Part shown: positions 36,968 through 45,508 of the stretch, piece by piece
How the letters are laid out: each line of letters starts with the position of its first letter
How positions within the stretch are numbered: position 1 is the stretch's first letter
Source of the DNA: Candidatus Aenigmatarchaeota archaeon
GTDB lineage: Archaea > Aenigmatarchaeota > Aenigmatarchaeia > Aenigmatarchaeales > Aenigmatarchaeaceae
DNA: 51,766 bases
Direction of reading: 5' to 3'
Assembly: GCA_046760145.1 (NCBI GenBank)
Contig: JBHIDO010000003.1
Span: 1 to 51,766, forward strand
Program-made: the position numbers and the translations under genes
The notes under the pieces: model-generated
Database searches by the model: none
What the model was told of the DNA's origin: nothing
The model's input: the letters and a program-made list of their open reading frames with translations, nothing else

Positions 36968-39286
36968 TTAGACTGCTGTTACACCTGCAGCTGAGAATGA
37001 TGTTACTTCTACTGCAGATCCAGTCTTGTCAGACAAACCTGTTTCTGTTTGAACGATTCTAGCTGCTAAATCTGTATCTTCAGCTCTTGTTCCAGCAATA
37101 ACCAATGCTGTGTACCCATCAGCGAATGCACCAGAGATTAGTTGTATTCTTCCAAAGTTTCTTGCTGGCCAAGTGTCACATGTGTATGGGAACTTACCAT
37201 CAGTTGCTAAACTTGCTACAAGAGTGTTGACACATGGTCCACCAACTAGGATCAAATCGTTTGAGGTTTTGTCTGTGTCGGTTATTTCTGAGTCCAACTT
37301 TACAATGTCTGATGTGACTTTCAAGACTTGTTCAGATGTTCCAGTTGTTGCGGCTCCTGTAATCTTACCAAAGTAGACCTTAGCTTTCAAGTCTTTTGAA
37401 GGTATTTTGAAGACTACTTTGTCTGAACCTGCATTTGACTCAGGATCTTGTAACAAAATTCCTGAATCATCTACTATTTCTTGAGCCTTTTTACCAGCTC
37501 CTTGACTTCCAGTACCTTCTGTTGTCACATTGACATCATTGACTTGTGCTGTTCCTTCGGTTCCTAGAGCAAAGGTTGGACCTTCTTCCGATGTCCACGA
37601 AGACTTGTTCTTGAAGTCCATGACAATTGTCAATGAGCTCTTACCAGCTTTTATTTGATCTGCTATAGGAGTTTGAGCTCCAATAGACACATTTAGCCAG
37701 TAACTTTGTTCACCTACACTTCCATAGTTCAACTCGAATCCATAGGTTACGTTATCGGTTGCAAGAAGTGAACCTATGTACTTGCTTGCATACTCTCCTG
37801 AGGTAGATTTGTTAATAGCAACAAATGTTCCGTTTACTATGATCTTCTGTTTTGAAGAGTCATAGAAACCTATCATTACTGGATGTGCTGTTTCAGTACC
37901 AGAGGTGAAAGATTTGTTAAAGAGTATGTAAGCTTTGTCAAACCAATTACCAGCTGGTGTTCCAATTGATCCAGTTACATCTGATGTAATTTCAAATCCA
38001 GTTAATTCAGAGAATGGTTGGGTGTCATCACTATAGTTATATGCTGAAATTGTGGAATCTAGTGGCTTGACTGTTATTGTTGCGAATTTGTTTGTATTCC
38101 AACCCAAGAATCCAAGTTCACCATAGTCGTTTGGTAGGGATACCTTTTCTCCAGCTATTAGATATTGAGTTGCTGATGGTTTATAAATAACTTCTATTGC
38201 GCTGTTAGCACCCATATAACCATCTGAACAACCTGAAGCTGAAAATTGTATACCCCATTCTGTTTCACCTGGGAACCTGTCACTTGCTGTTCCAGTAGAT
38301 GTCACATCTGCTGTGGCATCATAATTTTTTTCAGTTGTTCCGGTCGGACCTACAACTAAATCTACTCCAACAACTGTACCATCAGTTAATGCTCTTACTG
38401 AGGTTACCTTGACTGTTAGACCAGTTGCACTTGAATCTTTGCTATTATTCTGGTCTATAATCATGGTATCCACAGTGTTTCCATCAGCGTCTTTAATAAC
38501 TATCTTTGCCCAAGCTGCATTACTACCTTGAGTTGCATAGACTGAATATGTTTCATATGTAACTGGTGTTGTAGCGTCTGCAGTTCCAATAGACCCACTT
38601 AGAGCCTTAATTTGTGATGAGCTAATACCTACTATTACGAATTTCTTACCCAATAATTCGATGTTGATAGGATATGTGTATTCTGGACTTGTTAGTGTTC
38701 CGGTGGTTCCTGCAGATGTTGCACTTGACAAGTTAATGGCTTTTTCAAATACATATCTATATTTTATGTATTTGCTTGAAGAAATTTGTAATTTCTCTGT
38801 ACCATTAACTCCTGACAATGTCAAGGAATGTCTCATTAAAGGTCTTGAAATGTCTACTTCTTCTCTATAATCATAGTCAGCAGACTTCCAAGAAATCACA
38901 CCATCTTTCAATCCAGTATAGTGGAATGTTTTCAAAACACCATTTGCTGGCATATCATTAGATAGTGCATTACCACCACTAGATGTTCCAATTCCAACTG
39001 TATCTTTCAAAACCCCATCAACAGCTTCTCCTGTCACTTCAACAGCAGTTGTTGTCTTAGCTTCTGATGCTAAAGCAACAGCTACACCAACTGCTCCTGC
39101 TACATCTGCTGTTTTAGCAGTTGCTCCAACAACGAATATTGGGAAGCTCACAGTAGAGTCTGTAACACTTACTAGATCACTGATGCTGTTTATTGCTGTG
39201 ACTGAACTTGCTAATGCTGGTCCAGCTATTGCTAAACCTGTCATAAGAGCTGTTCCAGTTATAGCAGCTATCTTTTTAAACTGCAT
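36968..39286 (-). CDS. S-layer protein (Methanococcales/Thermococcales-type N- and C-domains)
   Basis: KKIAAI signal, VVGATAKTADV, LILVGGPCVN, IAG...DT..AA; distinct codon usage. Confidence 0.88.
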   Translation of the reverse strand: MQFKKIAAITGTALMTGLAIAGPALASSVTAINSISDLVSVTDSTVSFPIFVVGATAKTADVAGAVGVAVALASEAKTTTAVEVTGEAVDGVLKDTVGIGTSSGGNALSNDMPANGVLKTFHYTGLKDGVISWKSADYDYREEVDISRPLMRHSLTLSGVNGTEKLQISSSKYIKYRYVFEKAINLSSATSAGTTGTLTSPEYTYPINIELLGKKFVIVGISSSQIKALSGSIGTADATTPVTYETYSVYATQGSNAAWAKIVIKDADGNTVDTMIIDQNNSKDSSATGLTVKVTSVRALTDGTVVGVDLVVGPTGTTEKNYDATADVTSTGTASDRFPGETEWGIQFSASGCSDGYMGANSAIEVIYKPSATQYLIAGEKVSLPNDYGELGFLGWNTNKFATITVKPLDSTISAYNYSDDTQPFSELTGFEITSDVTGSIGTPAGNWFDKAYILFNKSFTSGTETAHPVMIGFYDSSKQKIIVNGTFVAINKSTSGEYASKYIGSLLATDNVTYGFELNYGSVGEQSYWLNVSIGAQTPIADQIKAGKSSLTIVMDFKNKSSWTSEEGPTFALGTEGTAQVNDVNVTTEGTGSQGAGKKAQEIVDDSGILLQDPESNAGSDKVVFKIPSKDLKAKVYFGKITGAATTGTSEQVLKVTSDIVKLDSEITDTDKTSNDLILVGGPCVNTLVASLATDGKFPYTCDTWPARNFGRIQLISGAFADGYTALVIAGTRAEDTDLAARIVQTETGLSDKTGSAVEVTSFSAAGVTAV

Positions 39287-39415
39287 CTTTATCCTCCATT
39301 TGTTCAGGATTTACCTGTTATGCGCGGTGAGTGCGCTCTTTGGCGCCAAAAATGCGCTTACGCGCCAAAAAGATTATTATTTCTAGAGGCGCCTGCTTAG
39401 ATATATATTTATAAG
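39287..39415 (-). promoter_or_regulatory. S-layer promoter and structured 5' UTR
   Basis: TTATAAATATA box at about 39402-39413, GC-rich hairpin UUUGGCGC...GCGCCAAA, GGAGG RBS. Confidence 0.55.
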
Positions 39416-39529
39416 GTAGAATATAAAACTTTATAGAAACAGTTTATTAAGTAAACTATTATTGTTTCTGAATATCTTATTAATAGAAAATAAATATTTT
39501 TAAGGCTTCTAATTGTTTCTAAAGGTCTT

Positions 39530-40411
39530 TTACTTCTTTTTTTCAAAATTACTCACCAAATGTACCTTATTTGTTCTACCAAGCCTTTCAAGCCTAACAA
39601 GCCCTCTTTCTTCTAAAGATTTTAATACTTTTGATACCTTTGCCTTAGAATAATTACTTTCCTTAACAATCATCTTCTGTTTCACACCGCTTCCGTGCTT
39701 CATAATAGCTTTAAAGATTTTTCTTTCATCTTCTTTTAATACTGGTAAGACTACTTGGACTCCTCTTTTTCTTCTCCATAAGAAAATTACTATTCCAACT
39801 AGAATTACTAAGGCTGGAATAATGTAAATTAGCTGAGATTCAATGATTATTCCTGATTCATAATATATTACAGGTGAAAATGTATCACCTTTGGTCATAT
39901 TTTTTAAATTCCAGAATACAAAAATTCTCCTACCGTCAGTTGTCGTATCCCATCCACTTGGTGATGTGCTGTTTTTAACTAGGATCATACCCTCTGGTAG
40001 TATAATCTCATACCATAAACTCTTTACATTCATTGGCATATACAAATCCTGCATAAACTTGTATTTATCATCAGTTTTTTCAATTAATCCAGTATAATCA
40101 TATTGAACTGTAACACTCCTCTTATCTTCTGTGATACCATATATACCACAAATAATATCTGCTCCATATGTTCTTGTTTCTAGTTTACAATCTCCATTAA
40201 AATCAGTAGTATAAGAAAAATTACTTATTGACGAAGCAAATATTGGAATTGCAAACCTATTTGTATTTGGATATTCAAATTCTATAGTCATAACAGAATG
40301 AATACCAAAATCAGTTATTCTATTTTCTAGACCTAGATAATTGATATTTTCTGCTAAAGCAATGTTAGATATAAAAACTAAGAATATTATTGAAAATAAA
40401 ATTTTTTTCAT
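39530..40411 (-). CDS. Membrane-anchored protein with extracellular domain and C-terminal winged HTH
   Basis: Signal peptide, TM, then SKAKVSKVLKSLEERGLV...GRTN. Confidence 0.8.
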   Translation of the reverse strand: MKKILFSIIFLVFISNIALAENINYLGLENRITDFGIHSVMTIEFEYPNTNRFAIPIFASSISNFSYTTDFNGDCKLETRTYGADIICGIYGITEDKRSVTVQYDYTGLIEKTDDKYKFMQDLYMPMNVKSLWYEIILPEGMILVKNSTSPSGWDTTTDGRRIFVFWNLKNMTKGDTFSPVIYYESGIIIESQLIYIIPALVILVGIVIFLWRRKRGVQVVLPVLKEDERKIFKAIMKHGSGVKQKMIVKESNYSKAKVSKVLKSLEERGLVRLERLGRTNKVHLVSNFEKKK

Positions 40412-40415
40412 TCTA

Positions 40416-40856
40416 TCACTTTTTTTCTTTAATAAATACTATTCCACCTGCACCAGCTGCTGCAAATTGATGCATAACCTGTGCAATACTATTTAATATT
40501 GATTGTGCTTCGCCAGCTTCTACTTTTAATTCTTTAGGCTCAAAAATTTCAATTGCAGAAGGACCATATTCTGTAACAATCTGAACTAAATTATCTAATC
40601 TTTTTGATATTAATTCAATTTCACATGTTAATGAATATGCTGTTTCTATATCTTTGAAAGGTGGATTTTCAACTTTATCAATCTTTCCGAATTCTTTTTT
40701 ATATAATTTAATCCTTTCATCGTTTTCAAGTTTATTCATAAGGCTTTCTAATGAATTTCTAGTTACTTCTTCATTTACAGCCAAAACTTCAAACATCATC
40801 CATGTTCTTATCCATCCTTGATTTACCTTTTCATCTGCTTCTTGTTTTGATATCAT
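40416..40856 (-). CDS. Conserved hypothetical protein
   Basis: FEVLA and YGPSAIEI.EP motifs, ferredoxin-like pattern. Confidence 0.65.
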   Translation of the reverse strand: MISKQEADEKVNQGWIRTWMMFEVLAVNEEVTRNSLESLMNKLENDERIKLYKKEFGKIDKVENPPFKDIETAYSLTCEIELISKRLDNLVQIVTEYGPSAIEIFEPKELKVEAGEAQSILNSIAQVMHQFAAAGAGGIVFIKEKK

Positions 40857-40899
40857 ACTGAATTATTGAATCTTCAAAGGTTTTAAGTTTATTGTTTTG

Positions 40900-41927
40900 T
40901 TAGGTTTTAACTATCCATTCTTTACCAAATATAGGAATTTCTTTTCCACACTTTTCACATTTTAATGATAATTTTGAAACACTTATTCCAAATCTTTCAA
41001 TAACCCTTGTATTACATTCAGGGCAATAAGTATTTTCATATTTATGACCAGGGACATTTCCTAAGTAAACATAATTCATTCCATTTTCTTTAGCTATTTT
41101 AACTGCTTGCTCTAAAGTTTGAACAGGAGTTGGTTTTACATTTAGTAATTTATAATGAGGATAAAATCTTGAGAAATGTAATGGAGTATCTGGACCTAAA
41201 TTGTTTTTTATCCATTCTACCAGATTTTTAATTTGTTCTTTCTTATCATTATATCCAGGTATTATCAAATTTGTAATTTCTATCCATACCTTTTGTTTCT
41301 TATATTCTTTTAATGCTTGTTTTATTGGGTCTTCATTAGGAATCGAACATAATTTTTGATAAAATTTAATATCACCTTTCATATCAACATTTATTGCATC
41401 CAAATATTTTGCAATTTTTCTAATTGGTTCAATATTTGTGAAACCATTAGAAACCCAAACATTATACAATCCTTGCTTTTTTGCTAATTTCATTATATCA
41501 TAAGCATATTCATAAAAAATTGTTGGTTCAGTATATGTATAAGCAATCCCAGGAGAATTATGCTTATTATTAAATTCTATAATTTCTTTTGGAGACATTT
41601 TTTCACCGAAAATTTCTTTTGGATGAGAAATTTCCCAATTCTGACAAAAAATACATTTTAAATTACAACCAACTGTACATATTGACAAACAATTTGTTCT
41701 TGGTGCAAAATGAAATAATGGTTTTTTCGAGCTTCTATAGCTTATTGCTATAAAAGTTTCTCAATAGGATCTACTGCCATAGATGCGATTTTCCCATAAA
41801 CTAACGAATACAATTTTCCATTTCTGTTTTCCCTTACTCCGCATACCCCTCTATTATCTGAAGCAATTTTACAATTCCTAGGACATAAATTGCACTCAAT
41901 ACCTCCATTCAATTTCTTAAAAAACAT
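40900..41927 (-). CDS. amrS: AmmeMemoRadiSam system radical SAM enzyme (PflA-like), two exons: 41927-41758 and 41725-40900 (331 aa spliced)
   Basis: Exon 1 CNLCPRNC...GVCGVR...YGK...VDPIE; exon 2 KPLFHF...GCNLKCIFCQN, AYTYTEP, PLHFSRFYP, TYCPEC. Confidence 0.9.
41726..41757 (-). other. 32-nt BHB intron in mRNA
   Basis: UGAG-AA^A-CUUUUAUAGC-AAUAA-GCUAUAGAAG-CUCG-AA^A; contains an in-frame TAG; excision restores frame and DPIEKKP. Confidence 0.88.
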
Positions 41928-41941
41928 CGCCTCTTTGATTT

Positions 41942-43513
41942 TTAAACACCTCCTTTTTTTCTATATCTTACCAATATGTTATTCAAAAGGAAAAATCCTG
42001 TTGTTATTGGAAAAATAAAACTATTATTAATTCTTATTTCTTTTTTATAAATAATCTTACACCAATTAAGTTTAATCTTTAATAATTTATCTATTTTGTT
42101 ATCTTTAAGAACAGTGTTAAGTTTAATTAAAGTTTCGTAAGAAAAGTTTCCACTCTTCTCCATTGAATATATATTACTTAAACCAGTATCAGAAGCAAGT
42201 TGTTTAGCAGGAATATTCAATTTTTTTCTTAAATTTCGCAAATAACTTCCTACATTTGGAATTATTCTTCTTTCTGTAAAATTCATTTTTTTCAACTTTA
42301 ACATCTCTTCATTTTTCTTACGATGTTTCAAACATTTTATATTTTTAATTAACCTACCAATGTTACCTCTAGATACAGATAAAATCCATGTGTTATCTTT
42401 TTTAGATTTTCTAATTGATGAAGATACACCTATTCTTAGTAAAGCTGATGAAAGACCTAAAATAAACTTGAAACTGTTTGATGTAATAGTTATACTATAA
42501 TTTGTAGCACTTACATTACCTTCACCGTCAATTACACCTCGTAGTGCATTTAACATTATCTTATTTTTACTTAACAAAGCTAATTGTGGAAATTCAACAA
42601 TTTTTGATTTGTTTCCTTTAGGTACACCCAAAAATCTATGATAAAAATATGCTAAGAAACCAGGTAAATTTATTCTTGTTCCATTTTGTTGATATCCATG
42701 AACATTGAAGTACATATCCTTTAATACATTAGTATAATTTTTGTCTGAAAATTCAAGTATAGCTTGCTTTTCATTTTTTACTATGTGCCCCTCTGCGACC
42801 ATAACAGCATTAAGATAAGCTAAATCATCATTATATTCAAAGGGAATTTTCGCAAATTTTTTAGCGCTTTTTTCATTTTTCAATCCTTTAGAATAATTAA
42901 ATATTTTATAGATTTTATTTTCGTCAAGATATTTCTTTATAAATTTTTTGAGATAACCATAGCTTATACTATCTTTAGAAGAAGGATTTCTTCTGACCAA
43001 CCAATATTCAACTTCTAGCTCTTTTGCAATATCTTTTAACAAAATATCTCTTTTTTTAAGTATTTTATTTAATTCTCTCAAATACCATTTTTTAACACCA
43101 ACGACGTATAAAAAGTCATCAAAATACCACGGATCAAATGTTATATTCTTTGAGGTGGTTTTGAATATCCTGGGTGTGGCTACAAAATCATTAACTTCCA
43201 AATCACTTACTTTTTTACATAATATGTCTGCATTTATTGTTGTTACAAGCTCAAAATTTTCCGGGACAATTATAAAGAAACCATTCTTTAATTTCAAAAA
43301 TACAAATTTTTTACACTTTTTATTTTTTATAGAAGAAACCGTAGTGCAATTAATTTTATTAGTAAAAGATATTAATTTATCACCTTTCTTTAATTCAAGT
43401 ATATCTTTTAAATAACCATTTGATAGTTGAACTAATTGAATACTATCACTTATTCTTTTTATATTCTCAATATCAATTAACCGACCATTTTTATTTTGTA
43501 TTATAGACCCCAT
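41942..43513 (-). CDS. Free-standing intein-derived protein: degenerate Hint + double LAGLIDADG + HTH
   Basis: LAYLNAVMVAEG and LRGVIDGEG motifs; Hint-like ends (LKKGD; LEVNDFVATPR; FLLNNILV) lacking Cys1, TxxH and terminal HN; no exteins. Confidence 0.8.
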   Translation of the reverse strand: MGSIIQNKNGRLIDIENIKRISDSIQLVQLSNGYLKDILELKKGDKLISFTNKINCTTVSSIKNKKCKKFVFLKLKNGFFIIVPENFELVTTINADILCKKVSDLEVNDFVATPRIFKTTSKNITFDPWYFDDFLYVVGVKKWYLRELNKILKKRDILLKDIAKELEVEYWLVRRNPSSKDSISYGYLKKFIKKYLDENKIYKIFNYSKGLKNEKSAKKFAKIPFEYNDDLAYLNAVMVAEGHIVKNEKQAILEFSDKNYTNVLKDMYFNVHGYQQNGTRINLPGFLAYFYHRFLGVPKGNKSKIVEFPQLALLSKNKIMLNALRGVIDGEGNVSATNYSITITSNSFKFILGLSSALLRIGVSSSIRKSKKDNTWILSVSRGNIGRLIKNIKCLKHRKKNEEMLKLKKMNFTERRIIPNVGSYLRNLRKKLNIPAKQLASDTGLSNIYSMEKSGNFSYETLIKLNTVLKDNKIDKLLKIKLNWCKIIYKKEIRINNSFIFPITTGFFLLNNILVRYRKKGGV

Positions 43514-43582
43514 AGAGAATAATATTATATTTTCATTTATAAATATATTTATTATTAAGTAAAATAATAAGATTTAAATAAT

Positions 43583-43653
43583 GCCCCAGTAGCTTAGTGG
43601 TAAAGCAATCACCTCGTAAGTGATTGACACCGGTTCGATTCCGGTCTGGGGCT
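43583..43653 (+). tRNA. tRNA-Thr(CGU)
   Basis: GCCCCAG/CUGGGGC acceptor; AUCAC-CUCGUAA-GUGAU anticodon arm. Confidence 0.92.
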
Positions 43654-43696
43654 CAAATTTAATAAGTTTAAATTTGTATCATTCATAGGTGAAATA

Positions 43697-43993
43697 ATGG
43701 AATGGATAACATTTATTAAAAAAGAAAATGTGAGAAAAGCAGAAGAAATTCTGAAAAAAGATGACATAGCCAGCAGACAAAGTATTTTAATAAAAGATGC
43801 AAGAGCTTTGGGAATAGAAGAAGATGGTAGTTTCTTTAAAATTGATGGGAATGAAGAAGGGGTTGAAAGATGTAAAGAATTAATAAAAGAATTTGTTGAA
43901 GAAATTTCTGAAGAAAAATTAAATAAAGCTAAGGAAGAAATTAAAAAAGAGGAAGAAACTGCTGCTGAAGGAATGGGTGGAATCTTCGGCTAA
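43697..43993 (+). CDS. Conserved hypothetical protein
   Basis: AGGTGA RBS; C-terminal AAEGMGGIFG. Confidence 0.7.
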   Translation: MEWITFIKKENVRKAEEILKKDDIASRQSILIKDARALGIEEDGSFFKIDGNEEGVERCKELIKEFVEEISEEKLNKAKEEIKKEEETAAEGMGGIFG

Positions 43994-43997
43994 TTAG

Positions 43998-44070
43998 TGC
44001 GCTGACGGGGATTTGAACCCCGGTTTTCAGCTTGGGAAGCTGATGTCCTACCAGGCTAGACTACCAGCGC
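43998..44070 (-). tRNA. tRNA-Gly(CCC)
   Basis: GCGCUGG/UCAGCGC acceptor; UCAGC-UUCCCAA-GCUGA anticodon arm. Confidence 0.92.
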
Positions 44071-44800
44071 ATTTATTAGGATTGCTTGGTTTTATCTGTT
44101 TTATAAGACTTTTAGCATGTTTACCATGAAGACTTAACGTATGTAAATTTGCTCTTCCATTTTTCTTTAATTCAAAATATTTTGGTTGTAGATTACAATT
44201 GTTTACAATTATCTTATTAACTTGTCTTATTAAATTATCAGAAACTGCAGCAAATGAAATTCTTCTTTTGGGTGCATAAAAATTCCCATCTGTATCAATT
44301 AAACCTCTTAGAAAGCCTATGTTAAATTCCTTGTTATTAAGATCTAATTTTTTAAGTTTAATTGTATAAGCTTTTTTACCTTCCCAATCTAGATATTTCT
44401 TTAAAAGTAGGTAAATTTTTTTCGAATCGTAAGAAAATACTACACAAGATATCCTATTTTCATATTTTACATGAAAAATTTGTGGTTTTTTATTAAACCA
44501 GATATGTAATTTTCTTTTCAGGTATTCTACATAATCACTTTCGTAATAACCTGTGTATATTCTAGTTGTATAATGGTAATTCTTATCTTTTCTAAAGTAA
44601 CCATCTCCGGAAAATATTCCTAAAAATTCTCCAAGCTCGTTTTCATTTTTAAAGTTTAATTTAATTTCTTTGAACCTTTTTCCTTTGATTTTTTTATAAT
44701 GATGATAAATTGTTGATTTTGCAAAACCTGTTTGTTTACTTATGTTATTAATAGATACTCCTCGTTGTATAAGTTCGATAACTTCTTTCGTTACTTTCAT
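44048..44800 (-). CDS. Free-standing HTH + double-motif LAGLIDADG endonuclease
   Basis: EFLGIFSGDG and GFLRGLIDTDG; N-terminal HTH; last codons read into tRNA-Gly. Confidence 0.88.
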   Translation of the reverse strand: MKVTKEVIELIQRGVSINNISKQTGFAKSTIYHHYKKIKGKRFKEIKLNFKNENELGEFLGIFSGDGYFRKDKNYHYTTRIYTGYYESDYVEYLKRKLHIWFNKKPQIFHVKYENRISCVVFSYDSKKIYLLLKKYLDWEGKKAYTIKLKKLDLNNKEFNIGFLRGLIDTDGNFYAPKRRISFAAVSDNLIRQVNKIIVNNCNLQPKYFELKKNGRANLHTLSLHGKHAKSLIKQIKPSNPNKCAGSLAW

Positions 44801-44837
44801 TAGAATATTAAACAGTATAAACTATTTAAATATTAGT

Positions 44838-44865
44838 GCGGGTTCGATTCCCGCCAGGCGCACCA
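44838..44865 (+). pseudogene. Orphan tRNA 3' fragment (T arm + acceptor strand + CCA)
   Basis: GCGGG-TTCGATT-CCCGC-CAGGCGC-A-CCA with no 5' half upstream. Confidence 0.75.
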
Positions 44866-44897
44866 ATTTATATTTTAATTTTTAATTATTCTTCTAG

Positions 44898-44975
44898 GGG
44901 CCTGTGGTCTAATCTGGTTATGACATCCGCTTGACGTGCGGGAGGTTCCCGGTTCAAATCCGGGCAGGCCCACCA
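44898..44975 (+). tRNA. tRNA-Val(GAC)
   Basis: GGGCCUG/CAGGCCC acceptor; UCCGC-UUGACGU-GCGGG arm; encoded CCA. Confidence 0.92.
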
Positions 44976-44984
44976 TGTGATTTT

Positions 44985-45503
44985 ATGGGAAGGCATAAAT
45001 GGCTTCAAATGAGTTTACCTTATTCTCTATTATCTAGGTTTTTAGATGAATGTGTAAATAATCCTAAAAATGAAGTTGGTGCAGTTTTATATGGAAATAT
45101 CGAAGTAGAGGAAAGTATTTTTAGTGAATATCTTAAATTGTATGTTTCAGATTCAAAAATAGTTAAAGGGGATGCCCAAGGCATAAGTATAGAACCTATA
45201 AAAGATTTATTTACAGAAAGTACAGTTGGTTTTTTGCATTCTCACTTAACTGATTTTAGATTTCTTACGCCTAAAGATGAAGAAATTGGAAAAAAATATG
45301 GATTTAAAGCAAATGGGATTACATTTTTTGATTCAAAAGATAATATTGCTTATACATCATTTTGGTATCCTGGTTTTTCATATCCATTTGAAGTAAGTTT
45401 ATTAGGTTATAAATGGGGGAATATGGAAATTATATCTACATATCCAGAACAATTAGTTAGAATGAAAAGAGAAAATGAGAAATGGAAACGTTTAACATTG
45501 TGA
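44985..45503 (+). CDS. JAB/MPN-like metalloprotease domain protein
   Basis: NEVGAVLYG and VGFLHSH...TPKD resemble the JAMM motif; start moved out of tRNA-Val. Confidence 0.55.
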   Translation: MGRHKWLQMSLPYSLLSRFLDECVNNPKNEVGAVLYGNIEVEESIFSEYLKLYVSDSKIVKGDAQGISIEPIKDLFTESTVGFLHSHLTDFRFLTPKDEEIGKKYGFKANGITFFDSKDNIAYTSFWYPGFSYPFEVSLLGYKWGNMEIISTYPEQLVRMKRENEKWKRLTL

Positions 45504-45508
45504 TTTTA

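Noticed and set aside
39389-39395. GCGCCTG as the 5' half matching the orphan tRNA fragment
   Set aside because: Only a 7-nt match, not followed by a D arm or anticodon arm
40900-41688. ORF-track call of a 262-aa protein starting at TTG, or a simple frameshifted pseudogene
   Set aside because: The conserved N-terminal exon lies upstream, and the interruption is a perfectly positioned BHB hairpin rather than a random indel
41942-43513. Active cis-splicing or split intein belonging to the radical SAM gene
   Set aside because: Separate ORF with its own stop, no extein, and all catalytic splicing residues missing
44931-44984. N-terminal extension of the JAB-like ORF
   Set aside because: Lies inside tRNA-Val; the ATG at 44985 follows a GTGAT RBS
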